Shown piece by piece: positions 17,469 to 26,470 of a DNA stretch of 64,000 nucleotides. Each line of letters starts with the position of its first letter. The first letter of the stretch is position 1. Made by a program: the position numbers and the translations under genes. The DNA is taken from NCBI GenBank assembly GCA_021791445.1, contig JAJYWO010000002.1, positions 21,757-85,756 of the forward strand, read 5' to 3'. Below the pieces are notes generated by a model. It made no database searches, was not told the DNA's origin, and saw nothing but the letters and a program-made list of their open reading frames with translations. This DNA is from a bacterium (GTDB lineage Bacteria > Patescibacteriota > Minisyncoccia > UBA6257 > UBA9933).

Positions 17469-19643
17469 ATGAATTTAATAATTGTAGAGTCCCCGACAAA
17501 GACAAAAACAATTTCAAAATATCTCAAAGGAAATTATATTGTCCGCGCCAGTGTGGGGCATATTCGCGATTTGCCGAAAAGCAACAAAAAAGCTATAGAC
17601 ATTCCGGCCGGTTTTGTTCCGCATTATGAAACCATTCCGGGCAAAGAAAAAATCATTAAAGAAATAAGCAACGACGCCAAAAAAGCGAAAAAAGTCATTC
17701 TAGCCACAGATCCTGACCGCGAAGGAGAAGCAATCGCCTTTCATTTGACTCAAGCGCTTAATTTGGATGAAAACAAAACCCAACGCATTGTTTTCAATGA
17801 AATCACCCAATCTGCCGTTGAAGAAGCTATAAAACATCCGCGCGCCATTGATATGGATTTAGTCAGGGCTCAAGAAGCGCGCAGGGTTTTAGACAGATTG
17901 GTTGGTTACGATTTAAGCGGTTTGATTTGGAAAAAAGTGCGCTACGGCTTGTCGGCCGGCCGCGTTCAATCCCCCGCTTTACGCATAATAATGGAACGGG
18001 AGCGCGAAATCCGCGCTTTTATTCCGGAAGATTATTGGATAATCAGCGGAGAATTCAAAACCGAACACGGCAATAAAATTATTTTAACTTGCGATGAACA
18101 GCCGAAAAACGAAAAAGAAACCAGCCGCATTATTGAAACAGCGAAAAAAAATAAAAATAACTGGCAAATCGTAAATATAAGTCAAACCGAAGCCAAGCGT
18201 TCGCCGCGTCCGCCCTTTATCACTTCCACTTTGCAGCAGACTGCCAGTTCGCGGCTCGGTTATTCCCCTTCCCGCACAATGTCCATTGCCCAGAAACTTT
18301 ACGAACAAGGGCTTATCACTTATATGAGGACGGACAGCGTGAATCTAAGTAAAGAAGTTTTGCCGCAGATTTACGGAACAATAGAAAAGCAATTTGGAAA
18401 AGATTATCTTCAGCCGAGAATTTATACATCCAAAAGCAAAACCGCCCAGGAAGCGCACGAAGCCATTCGGCCGTCCAATGCCGGATTAAAAACAGCGGGG
18501 GCTAACGATGAACAGAAAAAACTTTATCAACTTATCTGGCAAAGAACAATCGCTTCACAAATGGTTGACGCGAAAATTTTACGGACGAAAATTTCCGCGA
18601 ATATTTTGTCAGGAGGAATTCCGAATTTTTCCGTTAACGGCAGTATTATGCTGTTCCCCGGCTGGTTGGCGGCTGATCCCGCGGCGCGCGGCGAAGATGT
18701 TGAATTGCCGAAATTAAATCAAGGCGAGAATTTGAAATTATTGGATATTTCAAGCGAAGGCAAGCAAACCGAACCGCCTTCAAGATACACTGATGCCGGC
18801 CTAATTAAAGAACTTGAAAAACGCGAAATCGGCAGGCCGAGCACTTACGCGTCAATCATTAAGACAATCGTTGACCGCGGTTATGTTGAAAAAGAAGGAA
18901 AAACTTTGAAGCCGACCGATACCGGAGACGTTGTAAGCACTTTTTTGGAAAACAATTTCGCTAAATATATTAGCGATTCTTTTACCGCGGAGATGGAAAA
19001 CAAACTTGATGAAATAGCGGAGGGAAAAAGAAAATACGAAAAAATGCTTGGCGATTTTTACAAGCCGTTTTTGAAAGAAGTAAAAGCTAAGGAAAAAACG
19101 GCGGAAAAAATTACCAATCTCGGCGAAGCGGATAAAAAACATAAATGCCCTGTTTGTAACGGGCCAATGGTGATAAAACTTTCCCGAACCGGCAAGTTTT
19201 TAAGCTGCGCTAAATTTCCCGAATGTTCCGGCGCGCGTAAAATAGACGGTTCAATAATGGAAGGTCCGAAAGAAACCGGTGAAATTTGTCCGCAATGTGG
19301 AGGTAAGTTAATTGAACGCGAAGGCAGGTTTGGGAAATTCGTGGCTTGCTCTAATTATCCGAAGTGTAAATTTATTAAAACCAGTGCTGAAGAAGAAAAT
19401 CGCCGCAAAACCGGTGTGAAATGCCCAAGTTGCGGGAAAGGCGAGATTACGGAACGCCGCGGCAGATTCGGCTTATTTTATTCCTGTTCCAATTATCCCA
19501 ACTGTAAATTCATCATGAAATCCCGCCCAACGGACAATATCTGCAAACTCTGCGGTTCCCTAATGATGGAGGGGACAAAAACAATTCCGGAAAGGTGTAG
19601 TAATGTAAAATGTCCGAATAATAGGCCAGATAAGAAAAAATAA
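17469..19643 (+). CDS. topA: DNA topoisomerase I
   Basis: N-terminal TOPRIM (IVESPTK) and C-terminal C4 zinc ribbons. Confidence 0.9.
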   Translation: MNLIIVESPTKTKTISKYLKGNYIVRASVGHIRDLPKSNKKAIDIPAGFVPHYETIPGKEKIIKEISNDAKKAKKVILATDPDREGEAIAFHLTQALNLDENKTQRIVFNEITQSAVEEAIKHPRAIDMDLVRAQEARRVLDRLVGYDLSGLIWKKVRYGLSAGRVQSPALRIIMEREREIRAFIPEDYWIISGEFKTEHGNKIILTCDEQPKNEKETSRIIETAKKNKNNWQIVNISQTEAKRSPRPPFITSTLQQTASSRLGYSPSRTMSIAQKLYEQGLITYMRTDSVNLSKEVLPQIYGTIEKQFGKDYLQPRIYTSKSKTAQEAHEAIRPSNAGLKTAGANDEQKKLYQLIWQRTIASQMVDAKILRTKISANILSGGIPNFSVNGSIMLFPGWLAADPAARGEDVELPKLNQGENLKLLDISSEGKQTEPPSRYTDAGLIKELEKREIGRPSTYASIIKTIVDRGYVEKEGKTLKPTDTGDVVSTFLENNFAKYISDSFTAEMENKLDEIAEGKRKYEKMLGDFYKPFLKEVKAKEKTAEKITNLGEADKKHKCPVCNGPMVIKLSRTGKFLSCAKFPECSGARKIDGSIMEGPKETGEICPQCGGKLIEREGRFGKFVACSNYPKCKFIKTSAEEENRRKTGVKCPSCGKGEITERRGRFGLFYSCSNYPNCKFIMKSRPTDNICKLCGSLMMEGTKTIPERCSNVKCPNNRPDKKK

Positions 19644-19647
19644 AAAA

Positions 19648-19680
19648 TACCGGCGAGATCTAGATGATCTGCCGGTATCT
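19648..19680 (-). terminator. Rho-independent terminator for the minus-strand operon ending at 19689
   Basis: Hairpin taccggcagatc/gatctgccggta followed by a T-run on the minus strand. Confidence 0.5.
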
Positions 19681-19688
19681 ATTATAGT

Positions 19689-20006
19689 TTAACCCTCTCC
19701 GACTAATCCGTCGTCGGTAATATTTAATGCATCTTCCGTACCATCAATAACAGGGGCACATTCTTTACAGATTTTTATCCATTTTGCGGCCCATAAAACT
19801 TCTTCACGGTAATTGAGGCCTTCCATTCTTGTTCCTTTGAGGATTTTTATGTTTGAAATTTCTTTTTCTATTTTTTCCAAATCCCCATTGTATTTTTCGA
19901 ATAATTTCTCTGCCGTAGCGTGCGCTCCGGCAACTGTGCTTTGCGCATCAACCATGTCAAGTTCCGGACGTATAGTCGGTTTCTGCTTTATGGCTAATTT
20001 CTGCAT
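19689..20006 (-). CDS. Hypothetical protein (105 aa)
   Basis: ORF with an AGGAGG RBS. No motif assigned. Confidence 0.5.
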   Translation of the reverse strand: MQKLAIKQKPTIRPELDMVDAQSTVAGAHATAEKLFEKYNGDLEKIEKEISNIKILKGTRMEGLNYREEVLWAAKWIKICKECAPVIDGTEDALNITDDGLVGEG

Positions 20007-20064
20007 AACATTTCCTCCTTATTTTTGGTCGGGGTGGCCGTTCGCAGGGCGGCTTCTCCTGTTC

Positions 20065-20265
20065 TTAACAGGCAAGAACCTCGGCTTGTCCTACCCACAC
20101 CCGTTTTTTTATGATTTCGGAGTGAAAGAATTCAACGCCCCACACCCGCCTTTTTCCTTGGGACATATTTCTTTCGCCATCGGCCCGCCGTTTTCCAATA
20201 TATATCCGCAGTTTACGCAGATATAATCTATCCTCGGGGTAAGACCTTTAAGATTTGGACTTGTC
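20065..20265 (-). CDS. Unannotated 66-aa basic protein (MTSPNLKGLTPRIDYLRKLRIYIGKRRADGERNMSQGKRRVWG...)
   Basis: My own translation. GGAGGTG RBS 8 nt upstream. Missing from the supplied ORF track. Arg/Lys-rich, which suggests nucleic-acid binding. Confidence 0.35.
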
Positions 20266-20331
20266 ATATACATAAACACCTCCATATAAATTTATTGAAA
20301 ACATCTGATTATATGTTAAACTATAACCACT

Positions 20332-22044
20332 ATGGATGTCAAGGATTTAATTAGGGATTATTTTAATGATGATGAAAAGCGGCTTATCAGGCGCGCTTTT
20401 GATTTTGCCAAAAAACAGCACCAAGGGCAGAAAAGAAAATCCGGCGAGCCGTATTTTACCCATTGTTTTCAAACCGCGCTAAAACTTGCCGAATGGCAAA
20501 TGGACGCTACGACAATCTCCGCCGGTTTGCTTCACGATGTTATTGAAGATACGAAAATCCCGCTGGAAAATTTTAAAAAAGAATTTGGCGAAGAAATCGC
20601 TTTTCTTGTTGACGGCGTCACGAAAATCGGACGTGTGAAATATCGCCAGCAAAATGGTGAAGTGACCGCCATACAATCGGAAAATATCCGCAAGATGATT
20701 TTGGCGTTGAGCCAGGATTTACGCGTCATATTCATCAAACTCGCCGACCGATTGCATAATATGAAAACGCTCGGCGCTCTGCCTCCGCAAAAACAAAAAA
20801 GGATCGCCTTGGAAACCGCGGAAATTTACTCGCCTATCGCCTATCGCTTGGGAATGGCGAATTTGGCCGGCGAATTGGAAGATTTAGCCTTCCCCTTTCT
20901 TCATCAAAAAGAATATAAATGGCTTTCGGAAAACATTAAAGAAAAATTTGAAGAGCGCCAGAAATATTCGGAAAAAGTGAAAATTGAAGTTGAAAAAGCG
21001 CTGAAAGAGCACAAAATAGAGCCGATAAAAATAGATTTCCGCGCCAAAAGATACAGCAGTTTGTATAAAAAATTGTTCCGGACCAGTATGAATCTGGAAC
21101 AGATTTACGATTTAGTGGCGTTGAGAATAATTGTGAAAACAGTTGAAGAATGCTACGCGGTTTTGGGCATTATTCATCAACTTTGGCCGCCTATGCCCGG
21201 CAGAATAAAAGATTATATTGCCATGCCGAAGCCGAACGGCTATCGCAGTTTGCACACCACGGTTTTCTGCGTTGACAACAAGCCGACCGAATTTCAAATC
21301 AGGACTGCGGAAATGCATGAGGAAGCGGAAAACGGCATCGCGGCTTATTGGGCTTATTCCCAGGCAAAAAGCGGCAAAGATTATCAAAAAAAGAAAGCGA
21401 TTTTCGCGGAGAAAAAGGAATTGGCGTGGATTAACCAATTAAAAGAATGGCAGGGAGAAACCGCTGGTTCCGAAGAATTTCTGCAATCATTGAAAATAGA
21501 TTTTTTAAAAGACAGGATTTTCGCCATTACTCCCAAGGGCGAGGTTGTTGATTTGCCGGCTGGTTCCACTCCGGTGGATTTCGCTTATATGATTCATACG
21601 GACATAGGCAACCAATGCGTCGGCGTGAGGATTAACGGTAAAATAATGCCGCTTGATTATCAACTGCAATCCGGAGATTTGGTGGAAATTCTGGTGCAAA
21701 AAAGCAAAAAACCGTCGCAATCCTGGCTTGAATTCGCCAAAACTTCCATTGCCAAAAAAAGAATCAAGGCGGCGCTCAGAGGTTTGCCGAGCATTATGCG
21801 CGGAAAATCCGATATATTTGAATTCAAAATAATCGCCGAAGACAGAGTTGGGTTGATTAAGGATGTTTCATCGGTGTTTTCCCGGAGCCATATTAACATT
21901 CAAAATCTCAATACCGCCGATATGGCGGAACAATCGGTAGTCAGGGCGCGCTGCGAAATAAACGAGGAAAAAACCGCCAAGTTATTGGTCTTGAAATTGA
22001 AAAAAATAAAAGGAGTAAGGGAAATAAGTTTTAGGAGGGCTTAG
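20332..22044 (+). CDS. rsh: Bifunctional (p)ppGpp synthetase/hydrolase (RelA/SpoT homolog)
   Basis: HD domain (HDVIEDT), synthetase motif RIKDYIAMPKPNGYRSLHTTV, TGS and ACT regions. Confidence 0.9.
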   Translation: MDVKDLIRDYFNDDEKRLIRRAFDFAKKQHQGQKRKSGEPYFTHCFQTALKLAEWQMDATTISAGLLHDVIEDTKIPLENFKKEFGEEIAFLVDGVTKIGRVKYRQQNGEVTAIQSENIRKMILALSQDLRVIFIKLADRLHNMKTLGALPPQKQKRIALETAEIYSPIAYRLGMANLAGELEDLAFPFLHQKEYKWLSENIKEKFEERQKYSEKVKIEVEKALKEHKIEPIKIDFRAKRYSSLYKKLFRTSMNLEQIYDLVALRIIVKTVEECYAVLGIIHQLWPPMPGRIKDYIAMPKPNGYRSLHTTVFCVDNKPTEFQIRTAEMHEEAENGIAAYWAYSQAKSGKDYQKKKAIFAEKKELAWINQLKEWQGETAGSEEFLQSLKIDFLKDRIFAITPKGEVVDLPAGSTPVDFAYMIHTDIGNQCVGVRINGKIMPLDYQLQSGDLVEILVQKSKKPSQSWLEFAKTSIAKKRIKAALRGLPSIMRGKSDIFEFKIIAEDRVGLIKDVSSVFSRSHINIQNLNTADMAEQSVVRARCEINEEKTAKLLVLKLKKIKGVREISFRRA

Positions 22045-22064
22045 GTTTTTAATAGCGCCCCCCT

Positions 22065-22322
22065 CTAAAACTTTTCTCGCTCACGACGCTCAGGTTAAAT
22101 AAATCAAATCACTCCAATCGCCCCGCACCTTTTCTTTTAATGATTTTTCTTTAATTTTACACTTAAGACGAAAGTCGGCTTCGCCTTTTAACTTTTTTTA
22201 TACTGTAAATCATGGCTGGAAAAGGTGCGGGGCTTCAATCCGCTCATTGATTTATAATTAACCTTGCGCGATGTTCGCTATGAAAAGTTTTGGAGGAGGG
22301 GTGTAAATAAAACTGAAAAATT
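22065..22322 (+). repeat. MITE-like element, copy A. About 60-bp imperfect terminal inverted repeats flank a 14-bp stem (GCCCCGCACCTTTT/AAAAGGTGCGGGGC) that encloses roughly 95 nt.
   Basis: The termini match the reverse complement of 42055-42306 at about 85%. The core differs between the two copies. Confidence 0.55.
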
Positions 22323-22480
22323 TTTCCGTAGTGAGTATCGCGGAAGAGCGTCTAAAAATCTGTTCATTTATAGCGTAGCGAGCCAGGCCCCCGAGCGAAG
22401 GCGAATTGGGTGGCGAGCAGCGTAATAAATGAACAAGATTTTTACGCTCTGGAGCGCCTACGAACGAGGAAAGATTTTTC
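22323..22480. repeat. Nested long inverted repeats around a GC-rich core (gcgagc-type), between copy A and parB
   Basis: CTGAAAAATTTTTCC/GGAAAGATTTTTCAG and GCGTCTAAAAATCTGTTCATTTAT/ATAAATGAACAAGATTTTTACGC pair with each other. Confidence 0.35.
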
Positions 22481-22492
22481 AGTTTTGATAGC

Positions 22493-23554
22493 TTATTTAG
22501 GATTCAGTTTTTCAATAATCCCTCTGATTTCTTCGGGTGAGAAGAATGAAATGATAATTTTCCCCTTTTCTCCTTCTCCGCCGGCCGGCGGATCTATTTT
22601 CACCGGAGCGCCGAGAAGTTCCATCAACTGTTCCTGTAAGGCGCCGAGTTCCGGGTCTGTTGTTGGAATTTTCGCGTCTGCCGGCTGGCGGATGGTTTTT
22701 TCTTCCGTTGGTTTTGTTTCGCGCCTGATTTTATTTTTTAATTCCCTGACGCTTAAATTATTCGCCAAAAGGTCGTAAAAAGCCGCCATCTGCTGGCTTA
22801 AGTCGTTAATGGTCAAAAGCAACCTCCCTTGGCTGTCGTTTATTTTTCCTTCCGCGAGCGCGTCTTGGATTTCCGTGGGCAGATTCAAAAGTCGTATCGT
22901 GTTGGCGATTGTTTCACGGCTCTTGCCGAGCTTGGCGGCAATTTCCCTTTGAGTCAAACCAAAATGGTCTTGTAATTTGGCGTAAGCTCTGGCGGTTTCA
23001 ATGGAATTAAGATTGGCGCGCTGGATATTTTCCACAATCGCCATTTCCATTTGCGGAGCGCCCGGAGCGATTCTTTTAATAATCGCCGGAATCCGCTCAA
23101 GTCCCGCCAATTTTGAAGCCATCAATCGGCGTTCTCCGGCGATAAGCTGATATTCAATTTGCGTGCCGTTTTCAACTTCGTGTTCTATTTTCGTAACAAC
23201 TATAGGTTGAATAATTCCGAATTCGCGGATTGACGCCGCCAGTTCTTTAAGCGATTCTTCGTCAAAAGTTTTTCGCGGCTGGAAAGGATTGGGTTTTATT
23301 TTTTCTATTTCAATATGAAAAATCGCGTCTTTGTGGAAAGAAGATTTTTCTTCCACTGATTGCGGTTTAACTGCTTGCGGCTGTTCTTGCAGTTGCGTTT
23401 GCTGCGGCTGGACTTGCGGTTGAGAAACTTGCGCTTGTTGAATTTGCGGCGCGAATTCGTGATAATGTTCTGTATCCGTCAAAGGCAGCATAAACGGCGC
23501 TTCTTCCTGCGGCTGTTGAGATTGTTGGGGTTGTTGAATATTTTGTTCGTCCAT
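22493..23554 (-). CDS. parB: ParB/Spo0J-like partition protein with a Gln/Pro-rich N-terminal extension
   Basis: ParB N-domain (GIIQPIVV..GERR) and HTH. The first ~70 aa are Q/P-rich low complexity. A copy of the REP hairpin sits in frame at 22687-22702. Confidence 0.8.
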   Translation of the reverse strand: MDEQNIQQPQQSQQPQEEAPFMLPLTDTEHYHEFAPQIQQAQVSQPQVQPQQTQLQEQPQAVKPQSVEEKSSFHKDAIFHIEIEKIKPNPFQPRKTFDEESLKELAASIREFGIIQPIVVTKIEHEVENGTQIEYQLIAGERRLMASKLAGLERIPAIIKRIAPGAPQMEMAIVENIQRANLNSIETARAYAKLQDHFGLTQREIAAKLGKSRETIANTIRLLNLPTEIQDALAEGKINDSQGRLLLTINDLSQQMAAFYDLLANNLSVRELKNKIRRETKPTEEKTIRQPADAKIPTTDPELGALQEQLMELLGAPVKIDPPAGGEGEKGKIIISFFSPEEIRGIIEKLNPK

Positions 23555-23609
23555 CTCTTGATTTTAACTAAAAAAATAATTATTATCAATAAGTAAATTA
23601 TTAAATTTT

Positions 23610-23690
23610 GCCCGGGTGGCGGAATGGCAGACGCGCGCGACTCAAAATCGCGTGCCGTAAGGCATGGGAGTTCGACTCTCCCCCTGGGCA
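23610..23690 (+). tRNA. tRNA-Leu(CAA)
   Basis: Long variable arm. Anticodon loop CTCAAAA. Hand-folded, and the acceptor pairing is slightly irregular. Confidence 0.75.
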
Positions 23691-23705
23691 CCGACTCATA
23701 TAACC

Positions 23706-23756
23706 GCTCCCATAGCTTAGTGGTAAATCCGCCAGCTGGCGGACTTTTAAGCAATT
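23706..23756 (+). pseudogene. tRNA-Lys 5' fragment in which the D-stem 3' strand and anticodon-stem 5' strand are replaced by palindrome TCCGCCAGCTGGCGGA
   Basis: GCTCCCATAGCTTAGTGGTAAA is identical to the 5' end of the intact tRNA-Lys. It then runs palindrome (23728-23743) followed by CTTTTAAGCAATT. Confidence 0.5.
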
Positions 23757-23768
23757 AATTAATATATT

Positions 23769-24032
23769 ATGGAAAAATTTTTTGTCTATGCTATTTACAA
23801 TAAAGAAAAGAATAAAATTTATATTGGACATACAATTAATTTAGAAAATAGATTAAAAAGACATAATGGGTTATTGAAAAATAAAAATAAATCATTTACA
23901 AGTAAAAATAGCGGCGTATGGGAAATAATTTATAATGAGAATTTAAATGCAAGAAAAGAAGCGATTCTAAGAGAAAAACAATTAAAAAGCGCTAAGGGTA
24001 GAGAATTTGTAAAAAGTTTGATAAGAATATAG
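23769..24032 (+). CDS. Stand-alone GIY-YIG nuclease (YhbQ/Slx1-like, 87 aa)
   Basis: FFVYAIY...IYIGHT.NLE.RLKRHN plus conserved downstream E and R..GRE residues. Confidence 0.75.
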   Translation: MEKFFVYAIYNKEKNKIYIGHTINLENRLKRHNGLLKNKNKSFTSKNSGVWEIIYNENLNARKEAILREKQLKSAKGREFVKSLIRI

Positions 24033-24064
24033 AATATAAAATATTGGGTAAAAAATATAAATAC

Positions 24065-24135
24065 GCTCCCATAGCTTAGTGGTAAAGCAGTTGCCTTTTA
24101 AGCAATTGATCAAGGTTCGATTCCTTGTGGGAGCA
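24065..24135 (+). tRNA. tRNA-Lys(TTT)
   Basis: Canonical cloverleaf. Anticodon loop CTTTTAA. Discriminator A. Confidence 0.9.
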
Positions 24136-24151
24136 CATTTGGCTTTTTTAA

Positions 24152-24228
24152 ATCCATAGCTTAGTGGTAAATCCGCCGGCTGGCGGACTTTTAAGCAATT
24201 GATCAAGGTTCGATTCCTTGTGGGAGCA
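24152..24228 (+). pseudogene. tRNA-Lys-like pseudogene with a degenerate 5' acceptor and palindrome TCCGCCGGCTGGCGGA (24172-24187) in place of the anticodon-stem 5' strand
   Basis: The 3' two-thirds are identical to tRNA-Lys. The 5' acceptor AAATCCA cannot pair with TGGGAGC. Confidence 0.5.
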
Positions 24229-24240
24229 AATTAAATAAAA

Positions 24241-24266
24241 ATACCCGATATTGTCGGGTATTTTTA
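24241..24266 (-). terminator. Terminator after dnaJ
   Basis: Hairpin atacccgatattgtcgggtat plus a T-run. Confidence 0.5.
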
Positions 24267-24267
24267 T

Positions 24268-25383
24268 TTAATCCATTTCTTTTTTTAAATCCTCCAATAT
24301 TTTTTTCGCTTTCGCATTCGGTTTTTTCGGGGTTTTGATTTTCAGTTCAACAACCAGATTACCGCGGCCGTGCGAGCCGAAAATCGGCATCCCCTGTTTT
24401 GAAATTATCAAATCTCCTTTCAAATCAAAATTTTCCGGAATTTCAATCTGGATTTTATTGCCGTCAATCGTTGGCGCTTCAATTTTTTCTCCCAATAAAA
24501 TATCAACCAGCTTCACTTCTTTTTTAACAAACAAATCATTTCCGCGCCTGTTGAAAATATGATGCGGCTTTATTTTGATTCGAACATAAAGGTCGCCGGT
24601 TCCCGCCCCTTTTTCTCCGGCTTCGCCCGCGCCTTGAACTTTTATTAATTGTCCGTCCATTATGCCCGCCAAAATTTCAATTTTTACATTGCGTTCGCCG
24701 GAAATTCTTCCGGCGCCGCGGCAATTATGGCAAACTTTTTTCGGAATCTGTCCGCTGCCTTGGCATTCTTTGCATTGTTTGATTTGGGTAAAATTGCCGA
24801 AAAAGGTGCTTCTCGCTTCTTTAATCTCTCCCCTGCCTCCGCAAACAGCGCATTTTTCCAATCCTTCTTTAATATCATAGCCTTTGCTTTCGCATTTTTC
24901 GCAAGAAACGGAAATGCCGTATTTTAATTCTTTTTTCGCGCCGTAAAAAGCTTCTTCAAGCGTTATTTCCTGGATAATTTCAACATCCGCTCCGCGATGG
25001 TAAGTGCGGCGTTTTTGTCTTACGCCCATTCCTTCGAAAAACGCGTTGAAAATATCGCCCAAGTCGGCCATATCGCCGAAAGCCGAAGGGTCCCAGCCCG
25101 AGGCTGGTCCGCCTTGGGCGGAAAAATCAAATCCGAATCCAAACGGACCGTTTCCATCGGAAGCGAATCCGCTTTGGCCGTCAAAAACCCTGCCGTATTT
25201 GTCATATTGCTCCCGCTTGTTTTTATCCGACAAAACCGCGTACGCCTCGGCGATTTCCTTGAATTTTTTTTCATCGCCGCTTTTTTTGTCCGGATGATAT
25301 TGATGCGCTAATTTTCGGAAAGCTTTTTTAATTTCGTCTTCCGACGCGCCTTTGTTTATGCCGAGAATTTTATAGTAATCCAA
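24268..25383 (-). CDS. dnaJ: Chaperone DnaJ
   Basis: J domain with HPDK and four CxxCxGxG repeats. Apparent TTG start. Confidence 0.9.
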   Translation of the reverse strand: MDYYKILGINKGASEDEIKKAFRKLAHQYHPDKKSGDEKKFKEIAEAYAVLSDKNKREQYDKYGRVFDGQSGFASDGNGPFGFGFDFSAQGGPASGWDPSAFGDMADLGDIFNAFFEGMGVRQKRRTYHRGADVEIIQEITLEEAFYGAKKELKYGISVSCEKCESKGYDIKEGLEKCAVCGGRGEIKEARSTFFGNFTQIKQCKECQGSGQIPKKVCHNCRGAGRISGERNVKIEILAGIMDGQLIKVQGAGEAGEKGAGTGDLYVRIKIKPHHIFNRRGNDLFVKKEVKLVDILLGEKIEAPTIDGNKIQIEIPENFDLKGDLIISKQGMPIFGSHGRGNLVVELKIKTPKKPNAKAKKILEDLKKEMD

Positions 25384-25465
25384 CGCAGTTCATAAAGTTA
25401 TAAAGTTATAAAGTTATAAAGTAAAATTTAGAAAACTTTATAACTTTAAAAACATTATAAACTTT

Positions 25466-26470
25466 CTACTTTAATATAATTATCTCCTTGCTTCTTCCTT
25501 CAAGCTCCACATTGGCGAAACCGAACGCCAAAAGAAGTTCGTAGATTATGAACGCCAAAAAAGAAATTATCAAGCGAACCGGCATCGCCAAAATTTCCAA
25601 AGTCATAAAAATAGTCAATACGATGCCGATTAAAATTATTGATTTGATATTTTCCGGAAAAGAATTGAATTTGTATTTCGCCGCCTCGTAAAGCGCTTCG
25701 CTGATTTTAAGATTTCCGCTTACGGGCGCGCCGATGAAATCAACGGCTTTCGCTTCAATTTCTCCGGCCGCTTGTTTGACCATTAAATTTTTGACGGCTT
25801 TCGGCAAAATGCTTAATTCCGGAGTCTGTTCAATCTGTTTTTTCGCCAGACTTTCGGCGAATTCTTTGAATGTGAGCGATAAATCCAATTCAGGATAAAA
25901 TTTTTGCGCCACTAAAACCGAAGGCGACAAGATTTTATTAAAATTAGACTCGGAAATGAAAAAATCTTTTTTCTCCGCGGAATCGGCGTAAATGTAAACA
26001 ACGCTTATAAATAAGAAAATGGCCGCCACGGCCTTCGGCAAAACCGTTTTGCTTATTTTCCAAAAGCTCACTTTAAGCGAATTTTTAAGTTCCCTGATTC
26101 CGTTAAGATTAGCCGCGATCAACGCCAAAAAAACAAAAGCGATTCCGATTAATATCGCGGTATTGGAAACATTGTCGTAAAAAGCCGCCAACAATCCCGC
26201 GCAACTCAAAAAAATCGCCAAAACGCTGATTTTAAAGCTTTTAATGAAAAGCGTTTGCAAAAGAAAAATTATCAGGAAAATAGTTACGGATAATCCGGAA
26301 AATAAAAGAAAATTTCCTTCGTTGCCTTGAAAAAATAATTTAAAAAAATAACCGAAAGCGGAAAGCGAGGCAATGCTTAAAACCGCCAAAACGGCGATTT
26401 TAAGCATTGACCTGTCGGTATCAACCGAATTCGCAATTGTATTACTGCTGCTGTTGTTGTCCTGAGTCAT
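25466..26470 (-). CDS. Polytopic membrane protein of unknown function, between dnaK and dnaJ
   Basis: Multiple hydrophobic helices. No motif assigned. Confidence 0.45.
   Translation of the reverse strand: MTQDNNSSSNTIANSVDTDRSMLKIAVLAVLSIASLSAFGYFFKLFFQGNEGNFLLFSGLSVTIFLIIFLLQTLFIKSFKISVLAIFLSCAGLLAAFYDNVSNTAILIGIAFVFLALIAANLNGIRELKNSLKVSFWKISKTVLPKAVAAIFLFISVVYIYADSAEKKDFFISESNFNKILSPSVLVAQKFYPELDLSLTFKEFAESLAKKQIEQTPELSILPKAVKNLMVKQAAGEIEAKAVDFIGAPVSGNLKISEALYEAAKYKFNSFPENIKSIILIGIVLTIFMTLEILAMPVRLIISFLAFIIYELLLAFGFANVELEGRSKEIIILK

Noticed and set aside
19813-20226. Supplied 137-aa plus-strand ORF
   Set aside because: It is antisense to two minus-strand genes that have good RBSs (19689-20006 and 20065-20265) and is low-complexity. 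Spurious.
22055-22492. Possibility that elements A and B, or the adjacent nested inverted repeats, are RNase P RNA, SRP RNA or tmRNA
   Set aside because: I looked for the conserved RNase P P4 motif AGGAAAGTCCGGGC, the SRP domain IV motif GGUCCGGAAGGAAGCAGC, and the tmRNA tRNA-like ends. None was convincing, and only loose resemblances such as AGCAG and GGTGCGG turned up. They stay unassigned pending a covariance-model search.
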